From the NCBI GenBank assembly GCA_023474425.1, contig JAMCXX010000003.1, positions 21,712 through 85,711 on the forward strand: 64,000 bases of DNA, written 5' to 3'. The translations under genes were made by a program, and so were the position numbers. This DNA is from Patescibacteria group bacterium. Its GTDB lineage: Bacteria; Patescibacteriota; WWE3; JAMCXX01. Positions 1-10,259 of this stretch are shown piece by piece. The notes under the pieces are model-generated. The model ran no database searches, was not told where the DNA came from, and saw only the letters and a program-made list of their open reading frames with translations. Each line of letters starts with the position of its first letter. Positions within the stretch are counted from its first letter, which is position 1.

Positions 1-10
1 TAATCCACGG

Positions 11-982
11 GTGTTCTTGGAGAAAACCTTGCCCAAAGAGGGCGAGATTCTGGTGAAGGTAGGCGACAGGGTAAAACCGTTTGATGTTTTGGGGTTTACC
101 TACGTTAGTCTTACCCGCCAAAGGCTTTCCGTGCCAAAAGACGGAAAGATTTTGGTGGCCGAGGGCGAGAAGGTAAGCTACAATCAACCACTCGTAAAAA
201 TTCGCCGTTTCTTAGGTTCACACGAGATTAAGTCACCGATACCGGGCACGGTTAACCTTTTGAGCAAAGCGGAGTTAGAGATTATCTCCGAGCCGGAAAA
301 ATATAATCTTATTTCCGGTATCGAAGCGGAAGCAGTTAAAATTGTGCCGCGGCTTTCCGTACTGCTTAAATCCGAGGCCACCGTGGTGCGCGGGGTGTGG
401 GCCTGCGGACAGGAAAAGGCGGGCGAGGTTAAGATTCTTAAGGCGACTAACGAAGAGCTGCGCACCTCCGATTTGAGTGCCGATGATTTTGGAAAGATTC
501 TTGTTTTCCCCGGGGCTTTAAGTGACGCCGTTTTGAAGAAAGCTAAGATGGTGGGAGTGGCTGGTATTGTCTGCGCTTCGGTGGAATCTGGCTCCAAATC
601 CTGCCAAACTAACTTGCTTTTGACCGAGGGTTTTGGAACGGCTTTCATGACCAAAGAACTTGCTGATTTTTTGGCAACAGTCGCCGTTCGCACGGCCGTT
701 ATTTCTCCCCAAAGACGCCAGCTTTTGGTGCCGGGGCTTGCTCTTGACCGCTCGGTTTTAGACGAGGAGTATCCGGCCCGAGCAGAAATTGTTAAGGGTA
801 GCCGTGTTCAGATTTTAAACTGGCCTTATTTTGGGCAAGTTGGGCGGGTGAGCGAAATCTTAGAAAGTTACAAATTTGAATCGGGCTTAATTGAGCCGGC
901 TTTATCTGTGACTCTGGAAAATAAAGAGGAAGTTTGGGTGCCGGCGGTCAACGTTTTAATTTTAAGCGGAAATTCAGTTTAG
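11..982 (+). CDS. Conserved hypothetical protein (barrel-sandwich-hybrid-like repeats, C-terminal KOW-like segment)
   Basis: 323-aa ORF with 'ILVKVGDRV' and 'ILVAEGEKV...IKSPIPGTV' hybrid motifs and a C-terminal 'GSRVQILNWPYFGQVGRV'; the true start may lie upstream of the window. Confidence 0.55.
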   Translation: MFLEKTLPKEGEILVKVGDRVKPFDVLGFTYVSLTRQRLSVPKDGKILVAEGEKVSYNQPLVKIRRFLGSHEIKSPIPGTVNLLSKAELEIISEPEKYNLISGIEAEAVKIVPRLSVLLKSEATVVRGVWACGQEKAGEVKILKATNEELRTSDLSADDFGKILVFPGALSDAVLKKAKMVGVAGIVCASVESGSKSCQTNLLLTEGFGTAFMTKELADFLATVAVRTAVISPQRRQLLVPGLALDRSVLDEEYPARAEIVKGSRVQILNWPYFGQVGRVSEILESYKFESGLIEPALSVTLENKEEVWVPAVNVLILSGNSV

Positions 983-1002
983 TATCGTTGTATAATTTAT
1001 AA

Positions 1003-2250
1003 ATGAATCAGGCTCAATTGCGAAATTATTTATTGGGATTCCTGCTGCTCCTTGTAATTGCCTACGGCTCTTATTCTCTGGGGCGTCAGGGTTATAGCCT
1101 GGAAATCAAGAATAATTTGCCAAGGTTTTTGATTCTGAACCAAAAACCGGCGGACCAGACGGTTGATTTTTCCGAGTTTTGGAATGTTTACGCTCTTTTA
1201 AATCAGAAATATATTGACCGGCCGCTCGACGCCCAAAAACTTATGTACGGCGCTGCGCAGGGGCTTTACCAATCGGTTGGCGACCCGTACACGGTTTTTC
1301 TGCCCCCGCAGGAAAATAGCGAGGTAAATTCCAGCCTTAACGGCCAGTACCAGGGGATTGGCGCCGAACTGGGGATGAAGGATGGTCAGCTAACAGTAGT
1401 GGCGCCTCTGGACGATTCTCCGGCTAAAGCCGCCGGCATTTTGCCGGGTGACCTAATTCTTAAAATTGACGGCAAGGACACTCTGGGCATGACTCTTTCG
1501 GAAGCTGTTTCCAAAATCCGCGGCCCGGCCGGCTCTAGAGTGACGTTGACAATTAGGCACGCGGCATCTTCAACATCGGCTACGTCTTCGGCCGCTCCCA
1601 AGCAAAACGGGGTGGACATTACAATTGTGCGTGCGGAGCTTAAGGTACCAAGCCTTAAATGGGAAAACAAAGGCGGCGGCATTGCCTACATCCGTATTTC
1701 GAGTTTTGGCGACACTACCGATGCCGAATGGGACAAAGCCGTGGCCGAAATTAAATCGACCATACCAAATCTCAAAGGGGTAGTGCTCGATTTACGTTCC
1801 AACCCCGGCGGATATTTTCAGGCAGCCATTCACGTGGCCTCGGAATTCATTGCGTCGGGTACCGTTTCTTCTCAAGGATTTGCCAACGGGGTGAAGCAGG
1901 ATTACGCGGTGGACCACGTCGGTTTATTCCTCAACGTGCCGGGTGTTGTCCTGATTAACGGCGGTTCGGCTTCGGCTTCGGAAATTGTGACCGGAGCCCT
2001 TCGCGACCGTCGCGGTTTTAAGGTGGTAGGGGAGAAGTCGTTCGGTAAAGGCACGGTGCAGGACGCCGAGAATCTGCCCGACGGCAGCGGCGTTCACATT
2101 ACCATTGCCCGTTGGCTCACGCCTAACGGTTACAATATTAACGGTTCGGGCATAAAACCGGATTACGCGGTAGATTTGACCGCCGACGAAATTAACAAGA
2201 ATTTGGACCCGCAACTTGACAAGGCGCTTTTGGTGATTAAAAATTTGTAA
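1003..2250 (+). CDS. ctpA: S41 family carboxyl-terminal processing protease (PDZ + S41)
   Basis: N-terminal TM, GDPYT, GIGAEL PDZ, LDLRSNPGG, SASASEI catalytic Ser, FGKGTVQ. Confidence 0.93.
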   Translation: MNQAQLRNYLLGFLLLLVIAYGSYSLGRQGYSLEIKNNLPRFLILNQKPADQTVDFSEFWNVYALLNQKYIDRPLDAQKLMYGAAQGLYQSVGDPYTVFLPPQENSEVNSSLNGQYQGIGAELGMKDGQLTVVAPLDDSPAKAAGILPGDLILKIDGKDTLGMTLSEAVSKIRGPAGSRVTLTIRHAASSTSATSSAAPKQNGVDITIVRAELKVPSLKWENKGGGIAYIRISSFGDTTDAEWDKAVAEIKSTIPNLKGVVLDLRSNPGGYFQAAIHVASEFIASGTVSSQGFANGVKQDYAVDHVGLFLNVPGVVLINGGSASASEIVTGALRDRRGFKVVGEKSFGKGTVQDAENLPDGSGVHITIARWLTPNGYNINGSGIKPDYAVDLTADEINKNLDPQLDKALLVIKNL

Positions 2251-2255
2251 ACTTT

Positions 2256-3449
2256 ATGAAAAAATTGACTTCCGTAATTTTACTTTTAGCTTTAATCGTT
2301 TTTGGTTTAGCCGCTTATTTTGGCCCCAACTTGGCTAACTTTGTGCCAGGTTTAAAATTCCTATCTTTGCAAAAGTCTTCGACTTCAAATTCCGCCGGTA
2401 ACAGTCAGTCCGGGGCAGTTAAAGTGGTGACAGAAGAGTCAGTGGTTATTGATGTGGTTAAAAAGGTGACGCCGTCGGTGGTGACAGTGAGTATTAAAAA
2501 AACGGTTTCCCCCTCGCCGCTTTCCGACCTGGGTCCTCTTTTTGATCCTTTTGGGTTTTTTAATAATTTTCAGACACCTCCGCAGTCATCGCCGCAGAAT
2601 GTTCAGGAGGACATTGGCTCCGGGTTCATTATTTCCGCCGACGGTCTGGTGGTTACCAGCAAACATGTGGTTTCCGATACCCAGGCCGGATACCAAATTA
2701 TTACCGCCGATAATAAAACCTACGACGTGCAGAAAATTTACAGGGATCCGGGCAACGATTTGGCCATCTTAAAAATTAGTCCTCCCGCGGGAGTTCAACT
2801 GCCGGCGGTGGAAATGGGAGACTCAAGCAAACTTCAGGTGGGACAGATGGCCATTGCCATTGGCACGGCCTTGGGGGAGTTTAGGAGCACGGTGACGACC
2901 GGAGTGGTTTCAGGACTCGGACGGGGCATTACCGCCGGCGACCCTCTGGCCGGTTCGGTGGAACAGCTGGACAACGTTATTCAAACGGATGCCGCCATTA
3001 ATCCGGGCAACTCCGGCGGTCCCCTGCTCAACTCCTCCGGTCAGGTTATTGGCATTAATACGGCCGTTTCCACTCAAGGTCAGAACATCGGCTTTGCCAT
3101 TCCCATTAATGTCGTTAAAAACGTCATTCAGAACTTTAACGAAACCGGACAGTTTAACCGCGCTTTCTTGGGAGTGGAGTACCGCCTGATTGACCAGAAG
3201 ACGGCTCTCTTAAACGGCGTACCGCAAGGAGCTTACATTATGAATGTTGTTCCAGGCTCCTCGGCCGATAAGGGCGGGCTTAAAGCAGACGATATTATTA
3301 CCAAGATTGACGGCCAGGCGATTAACAGTCAGAGCAGTTTGGCCAATATAATTGCCGGTCACAAGGTGGGCGATACCATTGCGGTGGAATATTACCGCGA
3401 CGGCTCAACCCACACGACTTCAGTGACCTTAACCGAATCCAAGCAGTGA
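2256..3449 (+). CDS. htrA: HtrA/DegP-like trypsin serine protease with PDZ
   Basis: GSGFII, TSKHVV, DLAILKI, IQTDAAINPGNSGGPL, C-terminal PDZ. Confidence 0.93.
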   Translation: MKKLTSVILLLALIVFGLAAYFGPNLANFVPGLKFLSLQKSSTSNSAGNSQSGAVKVVTEESVVIDVVKKVTPSVVTVSIKKTVSPSPLSDLGPLFDPFGFFNNFQTPPQSSPQNVQEDIGSGFIISADGLVVTSKHVVSDTQAGYQIITADNKTYDVQKIYRDPGNDLAILKISPPAGVQLPAVEMGDSSKLQVGQMAIAIGTALGEFRSTVTTGVVSGLGRGITAGDPLAGSVEQLDNVIQTDAAINPGNSGGPLLNSSGQVIGINTAVSTQGQNIGFAIPINVVKNVIQNFNETGQFNRAFLGVEYRLIDQKTALLNGVPQGAYIMNVVPGSSADKGGLKADDIITKIDGQAINSQSSLANIIAGHKVGDTIAVEYYRDGSTHTTSVTLTESKQ

Positions 3450-3457
3450 TTCCTTAA

Positions 3458-4984
3458 TTATTTCCCCGTTTTTCTCTCCGAAAGGTTAAAGTTTAAGGTT
3501 TCAATCCGTCCGTTTTGACGGTCAAGCCGTTCAAAATGCAGTTCGAAACCGGGACTCTTGGGGTTATCCGCTTCCATTTCTATCCAAAAATTTTCCGGCG
3601 TTATCTGCTGCGTGAGCTTTCCGATTAGTCTTTGTTGAGTTTCGTAACCATCATCATTGGCCCCGCGGACAACAAGAAGCTGCCAACCCTCTTTTTCCGA
3701 GGGGCGGTAGTGAAAAAGAACCCGCCGCGGCGAAAGAGGAGAGATTCGCAATTCGTTTTCCTCAACCCCAATCTGCACCGCGGCGTCGGGGAGCCTGCCT
3801 TGAACCCGGTCGAAATTTAAATAAAGATTATTCTTGGCGTCGGCCAGTTCGGCTTCAAATTCAAAGTAGGTTGAATTTTCAACGTTTCCGCCAAGGGTGA
3901 TCCGGCGATTGCCTCGAGTAGAAACTTCGATGGGGTGATTAAGGTCAACGTCGTGAACTTCCTGGTCAACTTTTTCTGATATGGCTGGCTGGAGTTCGGG
4001 GGATTTAGATGCCAATTGATCTCGTCCGGATTGGAGCGGAGAAGAAGGTTCCAAATTCGCTGGATTCAAATCTTCTTCTAAAGTGTCGGCCGAAGAGCTG
4101 GCGAGAGCGTAGGTGAGTCCGGTTTTGGGGGATCGAATAAAGGTTTCCGCCGGCGAATTTTGCCCGGCCGGTTTTGGCGCGTTGTTGGCCGTGTCGGGAG
4201 TCATTTTAATTTCCCGCCAGGTCCAGCGCAACTCCTTAATATTTTTAGGCTGATCGGTCAAAAATTCTTTAAGATTTTGGCCGAGAACCACGTTAAATTC
4301 TCTTAACTCCACGCCGTTGCCGTTTTCATCCAGAATATAGAGGTGGGTTTGGCCCGGCAGGGCTTCGCGATTAAATTGATCAACCTGCTCTTTCGTTAAA
4401 TGTCCGCCGACTTCCTGTGGCAAGGAGAGATAGGTTAAACGCCCGTCCGATTTTTGCCGATAGAAAACGGTAACTTCTTTTTGGTCGGTTAAGGCCGTGA
4501 AGCTAAGTTTGCCGTCAGCGCCAAACTCGATTGAGGCAGCCTCCGCCGGTATATCTCCGGATAGCCCGCCGTGGTTTTGAGCCGAGCCCAAAGTTAGCGA
4601 AGCGCCCTTTTTTAGGTGTAAGAGGTGGTGGTTTTTTTCTTCTAGTTTTTCCACTCTCTCGTAAGCGTGGTAAAGATTCTCCTTGTAGGCCTCCTGGCGC
4701 ATTTTAAAAATGACTTCGCGAGCTTTTCCGCCGGGCTCGCCGATCTCACGGTAGTCAACCAGTTTTATAAGATTACCGCTTTCGCGGTCGTAGACGTCGC
4801 GGGCCCGGTCTTCCAGAGCCTCCAGAAGTTTGTAGGCGTCAAGGCCGCGGGGGTTAATCTGCTCGCGCAGGCCCACGCTTTCTTCCCGCCGGTCGATTTC
4901 TTTATCCTTGGCCCAGGCGGTGTCGGCTTTTAAGGCATCAGTTGCATCGTTGCTATTTTCAAAAGAGGACTCAAACTCGGCCAT
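3458..4984 (-). CDS. Hypothetical protein with apparent internal domain duplication
   Basis: 508-aa open frame directly downstream of prfA; no family motif recognised. Confidence 0.7.
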   Translation of the reverse strand: MAEFESSFENSNDATDALKADTAWAKDKEIDRREESVGLREQINPRGLDAYKLLEALEDRARDVYDRESGNLIKLVDYREIGEPGGKAREVIFKMRQEAYKENLYHAYERVEKLEEKNHHLLHLKKGASLTLGSAQNHGGLSGDIPAEAASIEFGADGKLSFTALTDQKEVTVFYRQKSDGRLTYLSLPQEVGGHLTKEQVDQFNREALPGQTHLYILDENGNGVELREFNVVLGQNLKEFLTDQPKNIKELRWTWREIKMTPDTANNAPKPAGQNSPAETFIRSPKTGLTYALASSSADTLEEDLNPANLEPSSPLQSGRDQLASKSPELQPAISEKVDQEVHDVDLNHPIEVSTRGNRRITLGGNVENSTYFEFEAELADAKNNLYLNFDRVQGRLPDAAVQIGVEENELRISPLSPRRVLFHYRPSEKEGWQLLVVRGANDDGYETQQRLIGKLTQQITPENFWIEMEADNPKSPGFELHFERLDRQNGRIETLNFNLSERKTGK

Positions 4985-4998
4985 GTAATAAAAGGCTA

Positions 4999-5745
4999 TC
5001 AGAGGCCAAAAACTTTGTCCAAGTTTCCGTTAAGTATAGATTCTAAGTTGTGCCGGGTTTGGCCCGTGCGGTGGTCGGTAAGCCGGTCCTGTGGAAAATT
5101 GTAGGTTTTAATTTTATCGCTCCGCTCAACCGATCCAACCTGATCGCGTTTTAGACTATTAATGGAATCGGTCCTCTGTTCCTGCATCAACTGGTAGAGT
5201 TTACTTTGCAAAAGTTTCATGGCTCTCTCACGGTTTTGGTGCTGAAGCCGTTCTTCCTGGCAAGTCACCACAATGCCGGTAGGCAGGTGGGTAAGCCTTA
5301 CAGCCGTGGAAACTTTTTGCACATTCTGGCCGCCTTGGGACGAGGCGCGGTAGGCTTCAAATTTTATGTCGTCGGGGCGCAGGTTGATTTGGACCGGCGG
5401 CACGGAAGGTAAAACGACCACGCTTGCCGTCGAAGTGTGAATGCGCCCGGATTTCTCGGTTTTGGGGACTCTTTGCACACGGTGGACACCCGCTTCCTCA
5501 ACAAAAATCTCATAGAGATTTTTGAGGTGAGAGTTGATAGTTGATAGTTGATAGTTGGGCGCAGAGATTTCAAAAACGACTTCCTTGAGATTGCCTAAGC
5601 TGCCTTCGGAACGCGAAATTTCGGCCACCTTTAAACCGCGGCTTTGGGCAAACCTAGCGTACATTCGGTAAAGATCGGCGGCAAAAAGACCGGCTTCGTC
5701 ACCGCCCACGCCAGCTCTAATTTCAATTATGACGGAATTAACCAT
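4999..5745 (-). CDS. prfA: Peptide chain release factor 1, short form lacking the N-terminal domain
   Basis: [23 protein letters not shown] (PxT, RF1-type), GGQ motif, [14 protein letters not shown]; follows rpmE. Confidence 0.88.
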   Translation of the reverse strand: MVNSVIIEIRAGVGGDEAGLFAADLYRMYARFAQSRGLKVAEISRSEGSLGNLKEVVFEISAPNYQLSTINSHLKNLYEIFVEEAGVHRVQRVPKTEKSGRIHTSTASVVVLPSVPPVQINLRPDDIKFEAYRASSQGGQNVQKVSTAVRLTHLPTGIVVTCQEERLQHQNRERAMKLLQSKLYQLMQEQRTDSINSLKRDQVGSVERSDKIKTYNFPQDRLTDHRTGQTRHNLESILNGNLDKVFGL

Positions 5746-5788
5746 TCTTCTTGCTTCTTTCTTAATTCTTACTTCTCACTTCTTAATT

Positions 5789-6115
5789 CTAGAGTGTGGG
5801 ATGCTTTTTTGCGTAAGCGAGCATTTCTTTGAGGCTTCTGGGCTGTTCCTCCCGTTCTTTTTGGACCTGTTTTTCGGTTTCTTTCTTAGTTTTACGATTC
5901 TCTTTAAGTTTGTTAGCCGTCGCTTGGCGTTTTTGGAACTTCTGTACCAGGCCTTCGGTGTCCACCAGTTTTTCCTGCCCGGTAAAAACAGGGTGGCAGG
6001 CGGCGCAAATGGCCACGCGGAGCTCCGGCTTGGTGGAGCCGGTGGTAAAGGTATTGCCGCAGCTGCAGGTAACTACGGCCTTTGGGTACCAGGTTGGGTG
6101 AATTCCTTGTTTCAT
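5789..6115 (-). CDS. rpmE: 50S ribosomal protein L31 (Zn-binding type, C-terminal extension)
   Basis: [36 protein letters not shown]. Confidence 0.95.
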   Translation of the reverse strand: MKQGIHPTWYPKAVVTCSCGNTFTTGSTKPELRVAICAACHPVFTGQEKLVDTEGLVQKFQKRQATANKLKENRKTKKETEKQVQKEREEQPRSLKEMLAYAKKHPTL

Positions 6116-6205
6116 ATAAAATGAGCGGGGTATAAGGTTATCTTAACGAATCCCGCCGATTAATTAAACCCGATTGACTGAATTTCGTCAACCCTGCCAC
6201 CCCGG

Positions 6206-7132
6206 CTATATTTTGAGGTCAATCACCAGATGGTCGTTGCGGTGGATGCGGATTTGAGCCAGATAGTGGTGAATCCGCTTTTCGGCAATATAAATGCCGG
6301 CAAAAATTAAGATTGTACCCAAAACATCGGCGCCGCTGATCTTTTCGTGTAAAAGAGGCACGGCAATGGCCGCTGCGGCAATGGGGTCGGCATAGAGAAA
6401 CATGCCCACGCGCGAAACGGTAAGCTTAGAAAGCCCCCAGGTCCAAAGAAAATAGGCCAAAAGGGAAGAGAAAAAAATGCCGAAGATAATCCCTGAAAGG
6501 CCGCGGACGTCCAGTTGAAGCAGGAATTCCGGGCGGCGGCTTAACTGCCAGTAGGCCGGGATAATAAAAGTGAGGGCGCCCGTGAGAAACATGCTGTAAG
6601 TCAAAAGGACCGGGTCGTATCTTTTTTGGACTTTTTTGACGATAATTTCGTAGCCGACCAGACTTAAAATGCTTAAAATGAGCAGGCTGTTGCCCAATAA
6701 GTCTTTGGAGAGACCGTAGCGCCAGACCGACTGCAGGGTGATTAAAAGAACTCCCAAAAGGCCGACGACCGAGCCTAAAAGCAGATTAAAGCTCTGTTTT
6801 TCGCGCAAAAATAGCCGGGCGCCAAGGATGGTAAAAACCGGCCCGGCACCGGCTATAATTCCGGCGTTAATAGCCGAGGTCAGGGAAATGCCCAGGAAGA
6901 AAAAAGCGACGTTGCCGGAAATACCCAAAAGCCCCAAAAGAATAATCCAGCCTACATCCCGCAGCTCAATTCTGGTTGATTTAAGAAACGGAATCAGGAA
7001 AATCGAAGCAATAAAAAACCGGACAAAAACCAGGGGGAAGATAGGGATGTTCTCAATGGACCACTTAAAAATAGGCGCGGCCGCGCCCCAAATAATCGAG
7101 GCAAAGATTAGGGCCAAAATGGGCAGGTTCAT
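6206..7132 (-). CDS. EamA/DMT family transporter
   Basis: About 10 hydrophobic helices in two repeats; IIWG, FLREK and LLHEKI motifs. Confidence 0.88.
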   Translation of the reverse strand: MNLPILALIFASIIWGAAAPIFKWSIENIPIFPLVFVRFFIASIFLIPFLKSTRIELRDVGWIILLGLLGISGNVAFFFLGISLTSAINAGIIAGAGPVFTILGARLFLREKQSFNLLLGSVVGLLGVLLITLQSVWRYGLSKDLLGNSLLILSILSLVGYEIIVKKVQKRYDPVLLTYSMFLTGALTFIIPAYWQLSRRPEFLLQLDVRGLSGIIFGIFFSSLLAYFLWTWGLSKLTVSRVGMFLYADPIAAAAIAVPLLHEKISGADVLGTILIFAGIYIAEKRIHHYLAQIRIHRNDHLVIDLKI

Positions 7133-7188
7133 ATCAATATGACGCTGAGTTGATTTCTATCCTCGTTATTCTGGCAAGCGAAGGAGAG

Positions 7189-8496
7189 TCAGGCTTTCCA
7201 AAGCGTGTCCAGAATCTGATTCATCTCGGTCAAGCCACAAGCTGTTTGTTCTCCGGTGGCCATGTTTTTCACCATAACCTTGCCATCCTTGGCCTCTTTC
7301 TCGCCGATAATGAGAACAAACGGGATTTCCTTGCGATTGGCGTAGCCGATTTGTTTGTCGAGTCCGTCGCCGTCGTTCAAATAAAGCTCCGTCTTAATTC
7401 CCGATTTTCTTAAAGTTTCGGAAATGCTTACGGAATTTTGAGTAAAACCGGCCAAGACCGTGACCAGAGCGGCTGTTTCATTTTTGAATTGCGGCAAAAG
7501 CTGCCAACTCTCCAGGAAATTTATGAGGGTTAAATCACCCATGGCAAAACCGGTGGCGGGAAGCGGCTCGGCCCCGGCAAAAAGATCGGTCAAGCCGTCG
7601 TAGCGGCCGCCGCCGTACATGGAGCGGTTATTTTTGGGATTTTTGTCCCACTGTTCTATAACCAAGCCGGTGTAGTAGTCCAGGCCGCGCACAATTTGCG
7701 GGTCATAGACAAATATTTCAGCGTAGTCGCTCTTTTTTGCCAATTCAAAAAAATCGGTCAACTCCTTGGCGCCTCTATTTTCATCGGCTAATTTTCGAAC
7801 ATTATTCAGGTCGAATTTTAAAAGTTCGTTCAGTTTTTGTACCTGTGTTCCGGTTGCTTTTGCGCTGTCAACCAAAGCTTTTTCAAACTCTCCCGGCGCC
7901 ATTTTATTTTTTTTGTCTATAAGTCTCATGACAATCGATTTCCGGTCGGAAGAGAATCCGACGATTTTTTCTAGGGCAAAGTCCATAAAGAGGCGGTTGT
8001 TGACGCGGATTTCGTACATATTAGGTTTGGCTTTGAGGTGTTCCATAATCCGCGCGCCCAAGGTGAAGACTTCAAAGTCCGAAAGCACCGAATTTTCGCC
8101 AAAAATATCGGCGTTGAGCTGGAAAAATTCACGCCCTCGTCCCCTTTGCGGCTTTTCGTAGCGCCAAAAATCGGCAATGGAAAACCATTTAATGGGTTTA
8201 ATCATTGACTTGGATTTGGCGGCAATCATTCGGGCAACCGTCGGCGTCATTTCTGGACGTATCGCCAGCTTGCGCCCGCCGCGGTCTTCAAAACTGTAGA
8301 GCTGTTCTTTTACCAGCTCCTCGCCGGATTTGGCGGCGTAAAGATCAAACGGTTCCAAAAACGGGCCGTTGTATTCCTCGAAGCCGGATTCCAAGGCTGC
8401 CTCGCGCCAGATGTTAAATATATAGTTGAGGATTTTTTGATCCTTGGGGTAAAAATCCCGCGCCCCGCGGTAGGGAAGAGTCTCAAGTTTATTCAC
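7189..8496 (-). CDS. hisS: Histidine--tRNA ligase
   Basis: RGARDFYP, RPEMTP, RYEKPQRGRGREFFQ, VRGLDYYTG, GGGRYDGL, anticodon-binding C-terminus. Confidence 0.97.
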   Translation of the reverse strand: MNKLETLPYRGARDFYPKDQKILNYIFNIWREAALESGFEEYNGPFLEPFDLYAAKSGEELVKEQLYSFEDRGGRKLAIRPEMTPTVARMIAAKSKSMIKPIKWFSIADFWRYEKPQRGRGREFFQLNADIFGENSVLSDFEVFTLGARIMEHLKAKPNMYEIRVNNRLFMDFALEKIVGFSSDRKSIVMRLIDKKNKMAPGEFEKALVDSAKATGTQVQKLNELLKFDLNNVRKLADENRGAKELTDFFELAKKSDYAEIFVYDPQIVRGLDYYTGLVIEQWDKNPKNNRSMYGGGRYDGLTDLFAGAEPLPATGFAMGDLTLINFLESWQLLPQFKNETAALVTVLAGFTQNSVSISETLRKSGIKTELYLNDGDGLDKQIGYANRKEIPFVLIIGEKEAKDGKVMVKNMATGEQTACGLTEMNQILDTLWKA

Positions 8497-8533
8497 CTTT
8501 AAAGAATAACATAAGGCTTAAAACCAAACTACT

Positions 8534-8562
8534 TTGACGGACTTTAAGACGGTCGGTATAAT
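8534..8562 (+). promoter_or_regulatory. Sigma70-type promoter for the orphan membrane gene
   Basis: TTGACG-N17-TATAAT, followed by SD GGAGG before ATG 8590. Confidence 0.7.
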
Positions 8563-8589
8563 CTCTTTCAAATAAGAGAGGAGGCAAGG

Positions 8590-9054
8590 ATGTTACCCAA
8601 AGTCAATAGGCAAAAGCTGGTTTCGGTTTTGTGGGCGCTTTTGCTTTCGATTCCCGTGGCCGCCGTCTACGCTTGGATCTTCGGTTCGGCTACGGGCTGG
8701 CCCTGGCCGCTCGTTCTGGGTATCGTTTGGCTTTTGTATCTTTGGGTCGAGTTTTGGGTGAAGCCCTACAAATTTCCCGGCTACGCCGATTTTATTGGCC
8801 GGGCCGTTGACGCTGTAATAATCGCTGTTGCGCAATTCTTACTTGTCGTCGCTTCGGCAGTTTTGGGTCTTGTCGTTATGGTTCTCGGTCTAGCTATCAA
8901 CTACCTTAGCGCGCGGGAAATTGTTGCCTTTGGGCCGACGGTCTTTGTGATCTGGCTTGTTACGAGCGTCGTCTTTTGGTGGTGCGTTTGCGAGGAGGAA
9001 GAGCCAGAACCTACGCAGTTGCTTGTGCGGCCTGACGATTTGCCCGGTTTTTGA
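8590..9054 (+). CDS. Orphan integral membrane protein (about 4 TM)
   Basis: Hydrophobic 154-aa ORF with its own promoter, SD and terminator. Confidence 0.75.
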   Translation: MLPKVNRQKLVSVLWALLLSIPVAAVYAWIFGSATGWPWPLVLGIVWLLYLWVEFWVKPYKFPGYADFIGRAVDAVIIAVAQFLLVVASAVLGLVVMVLGLAINYLSAREIVAFGPTVFVIWLVTSVVFWWCVCEEEEPEPTQLLVRPDDLPGF

Positions 9055-9064
9055 AAATCTATTC

Positions 9065-9099
9065 AACAGGCTTTAGTAAAAAATCTAAAGCCTGTTTTT
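9065..9099. terminator. Intrinsic terminator between convergent genes
   Basis: AACAGGCTTTAG-N8-CTAAAGCCTGTT followed by a T-run. Confidence 0.75.
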
Positions 9100-10181
9100 T
9101 ATTTTCCGGCCGCGAGTACGAACCGTTTTAGCACCCGGTAAAATCTCTCTAAATCTTTAAGGTCGATCCACTCGTTCTCGCTGTGGTGTCCTCCGCCGGA
9201 CGGTCTTGTGGCAATAACCGGAATTTTTCTTTGAGCGAAGTATCTGGCGTCTGAGGAGCCGTGGGAGGTAATAAATACGGTCTTCTTTTTCGTTTCAGAT
9301 TCGGCAATTTTTGTGAATAGTTTTAAGTATGGATTGTCCAGATCGATTTTGAAGCTCTGCCCCGAAGCCAGGACCTCTGTTTTAATTTGTTTAAAGTTAT
9401 GGCTAATTTTCTTTATTTCCTTAGGAATTCTAATTTGGTCTTCAGGAATAAGCCGAATATCCACCAAAGCCTGCGCCCAATCGGGTATTTGGTTGACAGC
9501 TTTGCCGCCCTCAATCCGTCCGATATTTACAGTCGAGTGGAAGTGGTCTTTATCGCCGCAGGGTTCCTTGGGAAATAAATTCTTAATCTTGCCCAAAAAT
9601 TCCATAAGCTCGTCAATAGCGTTGACTCCCAACCACGGGCGGGAACCGTGGGCCGATTTTCCCCCCGCCCCAATTTTTAAATGCAAAACACCTTTAGCCG
9701 CTTTTTGTATTTCCCAGTTCTGGCCGCCGTCGGGAAGGAAGCAGACTTTGGAACGATAACCTTTGTTAAGCAGGTGTTTAACGCCGTTTTCTCCGCCAAT
9801 TTCTTCGTCGGTGGTAATCATTACGGCCAGGTTAAGATTTTTGAGTTCCATTTTTAGCTCCTTAAGTAGACGGAGGTAGCAGGCCAGGGAGAATTTCATA
9901 TCAAAAGATCCACGTCCATAGAGTATTCCGTTTTTTATTTTAGGCTTAAAAACTTCCGGGGACCCGGAAACAACGTCCATATGGCATTGGAGAATAAGGT
10001 GTGGAAATTTTGTGTCGCGGGATAGAATAACTAAGGAAGGATAGCCGTTTGATGAAAATTCCTTAATTACTAACGGCAGGCCGCGGAGCTGGCTTTTAAT
10101 CCATTTAAAGGCGCGTAAATTTTCCCGATGATTTTCGGACAAGGTTTTAAACGAAATAAGTTTTCGGAGTAGATTTTCCAT
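9099..10181 (-). CDS. M20 family metallopeptidase (ArgE/DapE-like)
   Basis: HMDVV, LYGRGSFDMK, TTDEEIGG, SAHGSRPW, GSSDARYF, HHSENE. Confidence 0.92.
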   Translation of the reverse strand: MENLLRKLISFKTLSENHRENLRAFKWIKSQLRGLPLVIKEFSSNGYPSLVILSRDTKFPHLILQCHMDVVSGSPEVFKPKIKNGILYGRGSFDMKFSLACYLRLLKELKMELKNLNLAVMITTDEEIGGENGVKHLLNKGYRSKVCFLPDGGQNWEIQKAAKGVLHLKIGAGGKSAHGSRPWLGVNAIDELMEFLGKIKNLFPKEPCGDKDHFHSTVNIGRIEGGKAVNQIPDWAQALVDIRLIPEDQIRIPKEIKKISHNFKQIKTEVLASGQSFKIDLDNPYLKLFTKIAESETKKKTVFITSHGSSDARYFAQRKIPVIATRPSGGGHHSENEWIDLKDLERFYRVLKRFVLAAGK

Positions 10182-10259
10182 AGACTAAATTATAACAGCA
10201 AAAAAACTTGGGCAGGACTAAACTTTGGTTTGAATCCTGCCCATTCCTTTCTCGTAACT

